Shown: in pieces, positions 1 to 14,100 of the stretch | Numbering within the stretch: the stretch's first letter is position 1 | Layout: every line of letters starts with the position of its first letter | Assembly: GCF_037042905.1 (NCBI RefSeq) | Contig: NC_087251.1 | Span: forward strand, 41,542,001 to 41,606,000 | DNA length: 64,000 nt | Source: Lytechinus pictus | Taxonomy: Eukaryota | Direction of reading: 5' to 3' | Program-made: the position numbers and the translations under genes | Notes under the pieces: generated by a model | Told to the model about the DNA's origin: nothing | Seen by the model: only the letters and a program-made list of their open reading frames with translations | Databases searched by the model: none

Positions 1-213
1 ATGCTTAAGGTCGTAAAATTTTCAGCTGATCGAGTCTACCAATGCATCTTTTTCGACGTTAAATTTTCCTCGGAATCATGATTAGAAAGACATTTACTTT
101 TAGGACCGTGAATGGAGGACATTGAAAACATCCTTTGTTTCTCATTATATCCACGTTTCGTAATCACGTTTCATGTTGCCGTTTAAATTGGGAAACCGAC
201 ATTGAACACACCC
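1..213. mobile_element. Ends of MITE family with GACATTGAACACACCC terminus (same family as 17213-17616)
   Basis: 1-128 is a diverged reverse complement of 17213-17337; ~160-213 matches ~17565-17616 directly. Confidence 0.6.
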
Positions 214-370
214 TGAGTATTCTCATATCAATGCTGATGTTGCTTCTTGTTGCATTTTTGTGTAGACTCTAGAATTGATAGGTCGAAGTGAGACATCCGA
301 GGTCTATTTATAAAGAGACAATTTACAGTATGATTTGAGATTGTAGATATTTAGTGGGTAAATGTGCATG

Positions 371-590
371 TAGGGAAAGCGATTTTCCGCAATCGCGGAA
401 AACAGACGGAATTCATAGAATCAGCCTTTTGAAATGGAAAGTGGCTTTTCAAACGGAAAATCACGGAGAACATATTTTTTCTCAAAATGCACAGAATAGC
501 AACAGAAATTACACCTAAATCCTCAACGAAATACGAATATCAACTGGTAAAAAAAAACGATCTCACTTCGCTACAACAATCATGACAATC
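371..590 (-). mobile_element. Truncated copy of the hAT-like MITE at 16214-16960
   Basis: Close reverse complement of 16743-16960. Confidence 0.75.
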
Positions 591-859
591 CACACATCAT
601 GTCTGCGCTCAAGCCCCTCCATCACTCAATCGTATCAAAATTATCGTATAAAAAAGTATCGATTTCCAATAGAAAAATCGCAATATTGATAAAATTTTGT
701 AGTTTTTTCCATCATCAAAAAAATAGAATAGTAAATTGCAAAATGTAAAAAATTTGGCTATTTTTAAACAATTCATCTTTCCTGTGTCTACTAAAAGCAA
801 ACAAGGTCCCAGAGGTCTCTTTTAACTTTTGAATAGTTGATTAATGTTTAAATCAACAG

Positions 860-3097
860 AAAATCATTGTTAAATTTTATGCCATTCATCAATTTTAGAG
901 AAATCTCTCTTCAGATTTGTGTGATTTCTTTACCATTATCAGTGTCATGTCCGTTACGTTTTTCACTTAAAGTTTTCACAGCTTACAGGAAATTTGTCTA
1001 TTGGTACTGCAGATTCAGATTCTATGTTAGAATTAAACCCCCTACCATGTGTAGCAATCATTTTCCCTTACCACTTCTCATTTTCATAAAAATGGCGTAA
1101 CGGACATGACAATTCGCGTAACGGACATGACGCCTTATATATGACAAAAGGCAGCATTCACAAAAACAAAATATTAGGCTCAGTGTCACAGACTGAGGTC
1201 AGTCTCAATTGCTTGAGGATAGCTGGATGTAATAACTCCTAGAATCTGCATGTCATTCAAGCAATTTTTAGAACTGGTGAATGATGAAAGTTCAGCTCTT
1301 GTTCTGGTAGATTTTTCTGAGAATTAACGGTATGCCACATAATATTAGGATAAGATGCAGCTAGATCTGGCAACATACTCAGATCACAATCTGCATCATT
1401 TGTGTTTGAACAATATAATTGATTATCTTAGGTGTTTGCACTGACAGTTTGAAGCATGATAAAACTCCAACTTGTGAATTCATGAGATCATTGATGATAT
1501 TGCTTCAAAGTATCTGGCTTTCACCAACCTCTACTTCTGCAGTGATGGCATGGGCTCAAATTTAAAAACAAGTTTGTATTGATTCAGATATCTGTGTTAC
1601 ATGATGTAGCTCTATGAATCCAGGAATCTACAGTGGCACTTCTTTGCAATATCACAAAGCAAAGGGGCTGTGGAAGGAATGTGGCGCGATAAAAAATTAT
1701 GTCATAGTATTTTGGTCAGCCATAATCACAATTTGAATGATGTATCTTCATTTGTACACAAGCAGCCACATTTGTCCGCAAGCAAGATCGTAAGATTTAG
1801 AACATTCAAGATTTGATGAAAGGATGATTATACTCAGGATGATATTTATTTTGAATAAAAAATCATCTCAGAAGCGATTTAAAAACATTCCGATTACCTT
1901 TCAACTCATACAAAATCGATAATGAAAGACTGGTTTCCAGGTACTGCTATTAAATTTTGAAATACTTTTTGATATCATTTTTTTTAAACCTTAAAACTGA
2001 CATTAATACTAATATACATATTCTTTATCTTAAAATACATTTCATAATATGTTCATCTTGGATTTATACAGGTCTGGTACATTTTGTTTTCTTCTCACAA
2101 AAAATGAGATTTGGTCTTCTCAGTGTGCCGTAGTGGTACGATAAACATTGTATTCTATATAAAATTATCATGTAGGCTATAGCTATTAAATTAACGATAC
2201 CTGCCAATAATATCTACATATTTTTCTTAAGAATGTTAGTAAAGGTACTTTGCTGTTACATAATTACATTCATTATTCATATTTCTTTCATTTTGAAACT
2301 AAGAAGTGCTGATGAAGTTCACTTCGTAAGGGTGTCATGTCCGTTACGCTAGTGTATATTATCAAATAGTAAGCCATGAATAAAAAATAATCTTTACTAT
2401 CAACTATTTCTCCTTTAATTAGGTGTGGCCGATGGTAGTAACTGGAAAATACTCATTAACTGTTGTTAACTGGTGTAAAAGAAATTTTTCTTAATTTTTT
2501 TTGTTTTATAAATTATATTGTACGAAAAGCCCCCTTCTCAAATTGCAAAATAATAGGAGATATTACAGATTACCAGTTATGATGTGTGTCTCTAACCTCT
2601 AGCCTTAACACGTTAAGAATTAGACTTGTACCATATCTTGTAATAAAATTATTATATTCGCTTACAAAAAGTGGACGAAACTGTCATGTCCGTTACGCTT
2701 CGTGTGTCATGTCCGTTACGCTACATTTTGAGCTATGAATACAGATTGCACTGCATAACTGTTGTTAAACACCATTTTATGGATAGAGCATGATCTTAAG
2801 GTCAAATTAACACCAACATCGGGTGCATGCAATCTAAGAATTCACAGGAATTTTGATAAGCAATAGGAGGTAAACATGCTTCGTCCATTTCGTGTCATGT
2901 CCGTTAAGCTCACTAAAAGTGCAATTTCTCCGCAACTGTTCAACGAAACGATTTGAAATTTTATGTGTATGTAACTGATACTTAAATGTGTCTGATAAGC
3001 TTAGTAACAATTATCAAAAGACTGCTAATTCTACTGTATAAACCTTTGAATTACAAAAATTTGTCTGAACGTCATGTCCGTTACGCTGGAATTGACC
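860..3097 (+). mobile_element. Decayed Sola (Sola2-like) DNA transposon
   Basis: Eight copies of GTCATGTCCGTTACG (944, 1096rc, 1117rc, 2334, 2683, 2706, 2894 with one mismatch, 3071); right end GGAATTGACC; internal transposase remnant. The left boundary is uncertain. Confidence 0.7.
1259..1700 (+). pseudogene. Frameshifted DDD transposase remnant, Sola2-like
   Basis: Ordered motifs across frames: VLVDFSEN*, TDSLKHDK, FCSDGMG..FKNKF, QWHFFAISQSKGAVEG (compare WxFFATSHGKGxxDG). Confidence 0.7.
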
Positions 3098-5766
3098 ATA
3101 TGTAATTTGACCATGTACAGTGTTAATTCTGTGTCAATCTCAAAATTTCAGACTGCTAGATTAACCGTTTTCATTCTGGAGACACATGACACATGACTCA
3201 TCAAGAAGAAAAGGTGATGCTTTATCTCAGAAAGCCAGACACTGGATATGCCATTTGAGATGCTCAGTGATTCTGAAATGTGCCAATATTATTCAATGCT
3301 ATGAAATTACCCCAATTCATGGAGCTTGGCTTACTCCTAGGTGGAATGAGTAATTTTATGATTTTCTTACAGTGCTGTCAGATCAACCCTATCTAATCAT
3401 GCCCTAGGGAGACTGATGATTGGCATGTTGATATATATCTCCTTTAGAAATCTCATAATTTGAGGCGCTAGATGGGCAGTGAGGGAGAAAACCCCCGCTT
3501 GGGTTGGCTTGCAGACGTGTCTATCCCACCTTAGTCAGATCACGGACCTAGGTCCATGGTCAGATCCAGCCGTTGTGGATGGATGATGGTAGCAGGAATC
3601 TATGCAATCAATGCCATAATTGAAAAATAAAGATGAAAACATCCTCCTTCTACTAGAGTCCTCTCTGGAGTGATTCATTTCATGTACTGCAGCCTGGTTC
3701 ATGAAGCATCATGTCAGTGATTTTCACTGACTAATTCATTCTAAGCCAATCAAATACAAGGATTTCAGTAGCTTATAACTGATGTCAGTGAACAACAGCT
3801 GCTTTTTTGTTTCATGAGATGCTCCCCTGGAAATTGGTTCAGAGGGATCTGGGCATGACTGGAATTGTATAGTTGTCTCTTCTGCACTTGGAGTGGAGTG
3901 TGATCAATTCAGAAAATGGACTGCATCTTGTGTAATGATTCAGTGAGGGTCACGATCAAATAGTCGGAGATTTTGTGCCTTCATATTTTGCACCATGACC
4001 CTTGTGGAATGTTAATGGCTGTATGATTGAAAGTGAAGAAGCCTGGATTTACATGTATGGAACATATCAAAATCATTGGAATTGTTACTTGCTTTGCTCT
4101 ACTTCCATTAGCCCCAACACTGTTTTTTGTTTGTACTTGAAAAAAAAATCTAAACTTGAACACTTTGACTATATATTTAAGTTTTTGATGGAATTTCTTG
4201 AGAAAGGCAACATCAGTATGCAGAATTGAGTGGTACATGTCAGCACCACTATCTTAACATGTAAATCTGTTTCTGTATCGTTACATTTTTATTATTCAGT
4301 GGCCTGTGATGTCAAAGAACCAAGTAAAACAAGAAAAGTATGGACTGGAATTGGATTTAAAGGGTGGATTTAGTTTGAAAACATGATTTGAATGAAACAT
4401 TTGGGGGGGGGGGGGAAGAAAGATGAAAAAGGGAGATAATGTTTGTAAAAATGATGATGATGATGATGATGATGCTGATAATGACAGCAGTCAACAAGAT
4501 ACATGTTGCTTCTCAATGTGTGGTAACTGTTGTGGTTTATCATTTTATTAATTTGGCCATTTTCTACATATTACAAATTGAAAAATAAAAGCAATTGATT
4601 TATTGTTTCCGCAGAATGCATTATTTAGATACTATACAATATACATGCAAGCGATGTCTTGTTAATAATGATATCATAAGAATAGCCATGAGTATGATGG
4701 GATATTGTACTGATCAAAGACTCATTCTCTTTGAAAACAAATAAGCTTGAACCTTGAGACAATTGTTTACCTCAGAGATCAAAATCCCTTCAAACTATTA
4801 TGTTCTCTTGATGGGATTGTTTGCTTTTCTTCAAATGAATCACATTGTGTATATTAACCTTCACGATGGTATAGTTTGTCAATGATATTATGGCAAGGAC
4901 TATGAGACGTGTAGTTCAAATGGATTCGGTTTTTCAGGTTTTTATCATTTTGAAAGGATACTGACAAATGCAAGGTTCAAAATGTTGGATAGCAACCAAT
5001 AAAACTCACGTACATACATGTACTACAGCTATATTATTTAGATACGATGATGTGAAGTATGTACTAAGAGTCAGGGTTTCTTGGATTGAAATTATCTGAA
5101 CTTTGTACCCACTATTCATTCATCCAGTCTTTAATGTTTTGATCTACCACACACCTTTGTCTACCAGTAATAATAATATATTGATTAGTATTTTGGTAGC
5201 ACACATGATTGACTGTTGTTATGCATGCATGTACAGTACATTAATGATATTACTTGTATGAGTTGTATGTTGCCATAATAGGAAGAAATCACAATACCAA
5301 GTGTCCTGTTCATGGTAATATAATTTTCACTCTGTGTAGTTTAAAATATTTTTTTAAACTTGTATGGTGTTACAATACATCCTCCATGGTTAAAAAAAGA
5401 TATGATTCCGTGTGTGCTATTTTCCTGCTTCCATTTATTCTATATTTCATGTACATATTCATCCCGATGATATTACATGTAACTTAATGTACAGGAGCTG
5501 TTTCTCAACATACATCTTATTTTTCGTGAGATATTTAAGGCTGAATCAACCTCGTGTCTGTTTAACATTATCAGTTATTAGTAAGAATTTGTAATTGTAT
5601 TTATTTGAAGGCAAGACTATTATATTAAACTCTGATAATCCTGAAATATTTTCCCATAAATCATAATTGCTCTCCCCTGTCCTTTAATCGCATATTTCCA
5701 AATAAATACTCATACACCAGTATTGATCAATCATTTGTGGAAAAAAAAATACCAGAAGGAGTTTGT

Positions 5767-6217
5767 GAGGCTGTTCTCACTACGTTCCTAAAACTAGTTT
5801 ACTGGAAACTAGTTTAGTGGAAACTAGTTTAACGTGTAGTGAGAACGGTCGAAGCGGTCTTGGAAGCGATCTTCCAAACCAGTTTGGAAAACCACCTCGC
5901 GATGTAGTTTTTAAGACCGCTTTGCCTCGTTAAACTGGTTTTAGCGTAAGTGAGGACACAACCGTTCTTCGGGAAGCGATCTTCGCACATTTTGAGCGCG
6001 CTACTCCACACGACAGGTGTAGAATGCCCATGCTGCGGTTTCGAATTTCGCGCGAAACGTGTCACCCCACTGAGAGCGTTTCCTTAGCATCAAGAAGTGA
6101 TTTTGAAAACCACTTTCGTGTGATCAAGTGGGAACGCTAGCAAAGCGATCTTCCAAAGTGGTTTCCTGAATCGGTTTCCAGTTAACTAGTTTTAGAAAGC
6201 GTAATGAGAACGGCCTC
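5767..6217. mobile_element. MITE, PIF/Harbinger-like
   Basis: ~40-bp TIRs GAGGCTGTTCTCACTACG..TAAAACTAGTT / AACTAGTTTTAG..CGTAATGAGAACGGCCTC. Confidence 0.8.
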
Positions 6218-9054
6218 TATGGTACCTAGGATTTACATGTATAACCCACATGTCAGTTGTATGTCCCTGAATATAGTGTCAGCTGGTAATTAAAAACATC
6301 CAGGGGCAATGATGTTAGGATGCATGTATTTTGTTTGGGGTGTTGAGACCATAGAGTAATAGCTCTATGTTGAGACCTACATGTACAGTAATTGTGACAC
6401 GTACTTTTTTTCTTAATTGAATTTTAGGGTATTAAAGAGTTACAAGAACCAGAATTCTCATTTTTATATTCTTTTATTTTTTCTATTTTTGTCTTTTTTC
6501 ACAAGAAAATCATAGGATGGGCACCCCCCCCCCCATCCTGTGGCACTGCCCATGAAAACAACCATTTACCCTCTCTTGAACTATTGAAATAGGGCCAATA
6601 ACTGGTGAAACCCAAGTCATATAGGGCCTGATATCTAAGCCTCATTTCCTTTTCTAGTCTGTCTTTAATAGGTGATCATGTATCTGTGATATTAAAACCC
6701 CATGCCCTCCTTGACACAGAGCTCAGTATCAGTTGTCTAGCTCAAAACGATAGATGGGTCAAGCACAATTCATGGCCATCTAGCTACATTGTAGCTGCTC
6801 TATGTGTAATTTGCACAGAGTGTCCCCCCCCCCCCCCAATTTCACCCCTCCATATCAGTAATTGATTTTAAAGATGATCGAAGTCATTGTCACATTTCTG
6901 AATTTCGGCTAAAACTATCAGGCCTGCAATGTACTTCCATTTCATTGATTTCACATACAAAACCTCGCTAATGCAAGATGATTTTATAGAATACATGTTC
7001 TTGTATTTCATGTGACATACTTAAAAAAATTTTGTATTTGATGTAAATAGGGTTCGTTATGAGCTTATTGACAGGGGCATCAGGTGATGATATATTATAT
7101 TAAAACATTAAATGAATAATAGATGAATATAAAATTTCAGATGCTAAAGGTGAAAATGGGAACTTCATATCTAATGGAGATAGTTTTCCAAGTCACTGAC
7201 AAACATCAAAATCAATACACCATATCTATAAATTGGAAGTTATTTGTTGAAAATTTAAGAGCTTCTGTGGCCTTGATTTCTATTAGTTATTGAAGTCCCC
7301 CCCCCCCCCCATTTACTTGATGAACCAAGAGAGATGATGTTTATCTCAGTTGAAATTTTCCTCGGTTAACCCAGTTTCATCTTGCTAATGTGCTCAGAAA
7401 GGGAGGGAGATGTGTATCTTCTCAATGCTGTACATTCCAGATGATAGCTCTAGGCATCCAAGAACAGAACGTGTTGACCCACTGTGAGGGCATATAGAAG
7501 ATTGAAGGTTGCGTTGGCAACTGACAGAGAAACACATCTTCATCAATAATAACAACAACATTAAATATTTAGAATTAGACGGGGGGGGGGGGGTCTACGA
7601 ACGTGCATGTATCTCAAACTGTTGATTGTGTTATATGATAAAAGAAACATCACTTTGTACATGTAATTCATTTCAAAGTAGATATTGAGGGACGCCGAGA
7701 GAAAGCGAAAAAATTATTAAAGGATTCATATTAGTTTAAAAAAAACGAATAAAGAAATAATGGTATTCATTAAAAAAAAACGAATAAAGAAAGTTACACG
7801 CATTGATGTGTAACAACTCCTACATAACAAAAGTGAAGAAGATAATGTATATTGTACAGATACCTATCAAGTAAAGTTCTAATATGATTTAAGTCATTCT
7901 GCTGATCAATGTGCTTTTAAGTGGAAGTTTTATGAGCCATTGTTAGAAGAGTAGATACATGTACGTATGTATTTCAGTCAATAATGCTGTTGTGTACAGC
8001 GTCGGAACACTTGTACAGGATATGAATTCTGCTGTAGATGGATCCGAATTGTGGCAGTATATTTGGCTTTGCTGATAATTTCTTCTATTGTCACTGAAAT
8101 CTGATAATAAATATTCTTCACTGTGCAATTATTAAAGAAGCCAGGTTTGATATGATAATCATTTCTCCTTTCAATAGTTTCAATATATATTACTTTTTTT
8201 ATATTTGTCTTATAATGACTAATGATAATGGTTACAGCGATTCTTTTTTCCCATTCACTTTCAGTGTAATACTTTCTTCAGGCACCGTAGTTTCTCTGTA
8301 AGTACCGTTTCAACCACCTTCTAAATTGGCTGTTGTTGATAGACAAGGTATTTACAACCCAGATGCGTGTTTATGCTGGATAGGTTGAGTTCAGAGGTTA
8401 AGTTTGCATGATCGATAAAGTCAGATGAGTTTTTACCTTATTTGGTTTTCAAACCTGTTAGTTTTTCTTTGATTTAGGATGTACTTTTCTGCTAAACTGG
8501 GATGTGTGTCATAAAGGTGTCCATGTAATACACATGTAACACAGGTAACCTGTATTAAATGAGATACACCCCCTATTTAGTGGGAGTAATTTAAATTTCC
8601 AGTCACTCTAATGGTGGCAATATGGGGGGGTGGGGCACCTTGAAATTTGAATTTTGTAATTTTGTATTGCAGCCAATGAGAGAAGGTCATGTTGTTCCAC
8701 TCCAGAGGGACCAGATATCTCATGAAAATTACTGCGCGTCCAAAAGCATATCTTTAGCTTTAAAGGGTCAATAATTATACTCAAGTATCATCATACATTC
8801 AAATGTTAAAAACTCGTAGTAGCCGTTTGATCGTTTTTCAACGGCCGAATCTCTGTCAACATTTAAATATTCAAATCAATCATACCTAGCACCCTCTCTG
8901 TGTGGTTTGTTTATCATTTGTAAGTTACGAATTTTATAGGGATGTTATATTAAGAAGCTAATCAAATCAAAAAATATATTAAGAAGCTACAGGCAAATTG
9001 AATAAAAGAATTTTAAAGATAAAAAAAAACAATAATTAAAATGCAAACCCCCTA

Positions 9055-9900
9055 AAATGTGAAGGTTGATAACCACGTCCTTGAAAGAGTTCAAAATTTC
9101 AAATACTTGGGCAAGTGAATGGACTAGTCGCTCACCTGGCAAAAACAAGTTGATGCCATGAGCAAGAAAATAGGCTCACGCATAACCGGTAGACTGAGAA
9201 AGTACTTAAAGGTCAAGTCCACCTCAGAAAAAGGTTGATTTGAATCAATAAAGAAAAATCAGACAAGCACAATGCTGAAAATTTCATCAAAATTGGATGT
9301 AAAATAAGAAAGTTATGATATTTCAAAGTTTCGCTTATTTTTAACAAAATAGTTATATGAACGAGCCAGTTACATCCAAATGAGAGAGTTGATGATGTCA
9401 CTCACTCACTATTTCTTTTGTTTTTTATTGTTTGAATTATACAATGTTTCAATTTTTACAAATTTGACGATTAGGACCTCCTTGCCTGAAACACAAAATG
9501 TTAAAATAATGGAATTCCACGTGTTCAGGGAGGAATAAAACTTCATTTCACATGACAATGACGAGAAAATAAAAATATTTCATATTTCATATAATGAAAT
9601 ACAAAAGAAATAGTGAGTGAGTGATGTCATCAGTTTCTCATTTGCATACCGACCGAGATGTGCATATAACTGTTTTGTGACATGAAGCGAAACTTTAAAA
9701 TGCCATAACTTTCTTATTTTACATCCGATTTTGATGAAATTTTCAGTGTTATGCTTGTTGAATTTTTCTCTTTTTATTCAAATCAAGTTTTTGTTGGAGT
9801 GGACTTGTCCTTTAACTATTGATAGTGCTAAACTTCTACATGTAGCTAATATTTATAGCTAATGCCTTGATAACACCACACTTTAACTATTGCAGCCTTT
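9055..9900 (+). mobile_element. CR1/L2-like LINE RT C-terminal remnant, split by the MITE at 9210-9811
   Basis: Translates VLERVQNFKYLG..D.SLTWQKQV..MSKKI before the MITE and NALITPHFNYCS after it. Confidence 0.6.
9210..9811 (+). mobile_element. Kolobok-like non-autonomous element, TTAA TSD
   Basis: TTAA|AGGTCAAGTCCAC ... GTGGACTTGTCCT|TTAA with long internal inverted repeats; inverted copy at 45136-45729; related fragment at ~16980-17210. Confidence 0.85.
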
Positions 9901-9957
9901 CCTGAACATGACTGTTCACAATACAGTTCACCACTAATAAATTTCCATATAGATTTA

Positions 9958-10774
9958 GGCTGCGTTTATGCGTCCTCAAGCCAGAATCATGATTTGAATC
10001 ATGATTCAAAACACAAACATGAATCACAATATCGCAGAATCAGCGTTTAGACGACCTTCATTCCAATGCCGTTTCTCTTCAGTTTCGGGCCGATCCAGTG
10101 CGCATCACTAGTACGCAGTTAGAGGTGATATCTCCTTGGTTTGACAGAGGAAGTTTTTCGCAAGTGTTTCTGCTCTCGAAAAATCTTTTGCTTCCAGAAT
10201 CCAGTCTTTTATACCTTATTTTGTTAACTTCTATTCTATCATAGGATCCATGCTTATATTCATCTTGTCGGTTCATCGAAAATTGTGTTCGGATGTGAAT
10301 TTCAGCGTAGATCCAAATCAACAACAACTGAGATCATTGTCTGTCCAGTTAATTCATTTACTAGAACTTGAAGTTGAAGACATGACCAAAAAAAGAAAAG
10401 TAGTGGACGATGTGATGACCCACACAGAACTTTAACATGATAAGAAATGCATGCATAGCACATATTTATGTACATACACTGAGCATATAGAGTGCCTTGA
10501 GCTTGGCAAGAGTCAAAACGAACGTACTTCGACACAGTGACGTCATAGAATCATGATTCAAATCACGATTGCGTTTATACATCCTTTTTCGTTCGTGATT
10601 CTACAGAAACGTCTTTCTAAACGCCCCTTTTTCCGTGTTTCATGTTTGTGATTTGAAAGACGTTTATTTTCACTTTTGACTACGGTAAACGCAATCGTGA
10701 TTCTGCAGAATTATGATTTGAATCATGATTCAGATCATGATTCTAGGGTAAAAAAGTGGCGCATAAACGCACCC
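9958..10774 (-). mobile_element. PIF/Harbinger deletion derivative, TTA TSD, with Myb/SANT-like remnant
   Basis: TTA|GGCTGCGTTTATGCG ... CGCATAAACGCACCC|TTA; subterminal GAATCATGATT palindromes. Confidence 0.85.
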
Positions 10775-11124
10775 TTAGTTTCCTTATGACATTAGTATAA
10801 TTACAGTTTGTCTCTAGTGGAACAGTTTCATTTGACACCAGCAAACATGAATATAGATTGGTTTACAATGAGTCATTAATCATGTCATAACTTATCATAA
10901 TATCAGGCCTGCCTATCCCTTGCCTGACTATCCCTTGCCTGACAGCCTGCCAAACTGTCCCTTCGGTTATTTGCAAGGTGATACCATGGGATACCCATTT
11001 AAACTGAACGGTTGCCATGAATACGGACATCAGACGTAATCGTAGAGTCATAGCAAGTACACTCACTGTAATTCAATGAAATGCAATGTGATGGGGATCT
11101 GCCAGCCGTGATTATGTATGAACG

Positions 11125-14100
11125 TGAGGTTGGGTTTTCAAACTGAAGGATAGAGCGTAGTTTGATGTCTCTTACTCGGTGTACAGTGTGTATCATAAAA
11201 GAGTGACTTGGGTTGGGTTTACAAACCATGTAGGATAGAGCACAGTTATGTCTCTTGCACGGTGTACAGCGTGTATAATAAAAGAGTGACTTAGGTTAGG
11301 TTTACAAACCATGTAGGATAGAGCACAGTTATGTCTCTTGCTTGGTGTACAGTGTGTATCATAAAAGAGTGACTTAGGTTAGGTTTACAAACCATGTAGG
11401 ATAGAGCATAGTTATGTCTCTTGCACGGTGTACAGCGTGTATCATAAAAGAGTGACTTAGGTTAGGTTTACAAACCATGTAGGATAGAGCATAGTTATGT
11501 CTCTTGCTCGGAGTACAGTGTGTATCATAAAAGAGTGACTTAGGTTAGGTTTACAAACCATGTAGGATAGAGCACAGTTATGTCTCTTGCTCGGTGTACA
11601 GTGTGTATCATAAAAGAGTGACTTAGGTTAGGTTTACAAACCATGTAGGATAGAGCATAGTTATGTCTCTTGCACGGTGTACAGCGTGTATAATAAAAGA
11701 GTGACTGAGGTTAGGTTTACAAACCATGTAGGATAGAGCATAGTTATGTCTCTCGCTCGGTGTACAGTGTGTATCATAAAAGAGTGACTTAGGTTAGGTT
11801 TACAAACCATGTAGGATAGAGCACAGTTATGTCTCTTGCTCGGTGTACAGTGTGTATCATAAAAGAGTGACTTAGGTTAGGTTTACAAACCATGTAGGAT
11901 AGAGCACAGTTATGTCTCTTGCACGGTGTACAGTGTGTATCATAAAAGAGTGACTTAGGTTAGGTTTACAAACCATGTAGGATAGAGCATAGTTATGTCT
12001 CTCGCTCGGTGTACAGTGTGTATCATAAAAGAGTGACTTAGGTTAGGTTTACAAACCATGTAGGATAGAGCATAGTTATGTCTCTTACTCGGTGTACAGT
12101 GTGTATAATAAAAGAGTGACTTAGGTTAGGTTTACAAACCATGTAGGATAGAGCATAGTTATGTCTCTCGCTCGGTGTACAGTGTGTATCATAAAAGAGT
12201 GACTGAGGTTAGGTTTACAAACCATGTAGGATAGAGCATAGTTATGTCTCTCGCTCGGTGTACAGTGTGTATCATAAAAGAGTGACTTAGGTTAGGTTTA
12301 CAAACCATGTAGGATAGAGCATAGTTATGTCTCTCGCTCGGTGTACAGTGTGTATCATAAAAGAGTGACTTAGGTTAGGTTTACAAACCATGTAGGATAG
12401 AGCATAGTTATGTCTCTTGCTTGGTGTACAGTGTGTATCATAAAAGAGTGACTGAGGTTAGGTTTACAAACCATGTAGGATAGAGCATAGTTATGTCTCT
12501 TGCTCGATGTACAGTGTGTATCATAAAAGAGTGACTTGGGTTGGGTTTACAAACCATGTAGGATAGAGCACAGGCTCGATGTACAGCGTGTATCATAAAA
12601 GAGTGACTAAGGTTAGGTTTACAAACCATGTAGGATAGAGCACAGTTATGTCTCTTGCTCGGAGTACAGTGTGTATCATAAAAGAGTGACTTAGGTTAGG
12701 TTTACAAACCATGTAGGATAGAGCACAGTTATGTCTCTTGCTCGGTGTACAGTGTGTATCATAAAAGAGTGACTTAGGTTAGGTTTACAAACCATGTAGG
12801 ATAGAGCATAGTTATGTCTCTTGCACGGTGTACAGCGTGTATAATAAAAGAGTGACTGAGGTTAGGTTTACAAACCATGTAGGATAGAGCATAGTTATGT
12901 CTCTCGCTCGGTGTACAGTGTGTATCATAAAAGAGTGACTTAGGTTAGGTTTACAAACCATGTAGGATAGAGCACAGTTATGTCTCTTGCTCGGTGTACA
13001 GTGTGTATCATAAAAGAGTGACTTAGGTTAGGTTTACAAACCATGTAGGATAGAGCATAGTTATGTCTCTCGCTCGGTGTACAGTGTGTATCATAAAAGA
13101 GTGACTGAGGTTAGGTTTACAAACCATGTAGGATAGAGCATAGTTATGTCTCTCGCTCGGTGTACAGTGTGTATCATAAAAGAGTGACTTAGGTTAGGTT
13201 TACAAACCATGTAGGATAGAGCATAGTTATGTCTCTCGCTCGGTGTACAGTGTGTATCATAAAAGAGTGACTTAGGTTAGGTTTACAAACCATGTAGGAT
13301 AGAGCACAGTTATGTCTCTTGCTCGGTGTACAGTGTGTATCATAAAAGAGTGACTTAGGTTAGGTTTACAAACCATGTAGGATAGAGCATAGTTATGTCT
13401 CTCGCTCGGTGTACAGTGTGTATCATAAAAGAGTGACTGAGGTTAGGTTTACAAACCATGTAGGATAGAGCATAGTTATGTCTCTCGCTCGGTGTACAGT
13501 GTGTATCATAAAAGAGTGACTTAGGTTAGGTTTACAAACCATGTAGGATAGAGCATAGTTATGTCTCTCGCTCGGTGTACAGTGTGTATCATAAAAGAGT
13601 GACTTAGGTTAGGTTTACAAACCATGTAGGATAGAGCATAGTTATGTCTCTTGCTTGGTGTACAGTGTGTATCATAAAAGAGTGACTGAGGTTAGGTTTA
13701 CAAACCATGTAGGATAGAGCATAGTTATGTCTCTTGCTCGATGTACAGTGTGTATCATAAAAGAGTGACTTAGGTTAGGTTTACAAACCATGTAGGATAG
13801 AGCATAGTTATGTCTCTTGCTTGGTGTACAGTGTGTATCATAAAAGAGTGACTGAGGTTAGGTTTACAAACCATGTAGGATAGAGCATAGTTATGTCTCT
13901 TGCTCGATGTACAGTGTGTATCATAAAAGAGTGACTTAGGTTAGGTTTACAAACCATGTAGGATAGAGCATAGTTATGTCTCTTGCACGGTGTACAGCGT
14001 GTATAATAAAAGAGTGACTGAGGTTAGGTTTACAAACCATGTAGGATAGAGCATAGTTATGTCTCTTGCTCGGAGTACAGCGTGTATCATAAAAGAGTGA

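Noticed and set aside
8265..8303. Possible small upstream exon ending at GTAAGT
   Set aside because: Only generic splice-like signals; no independent support
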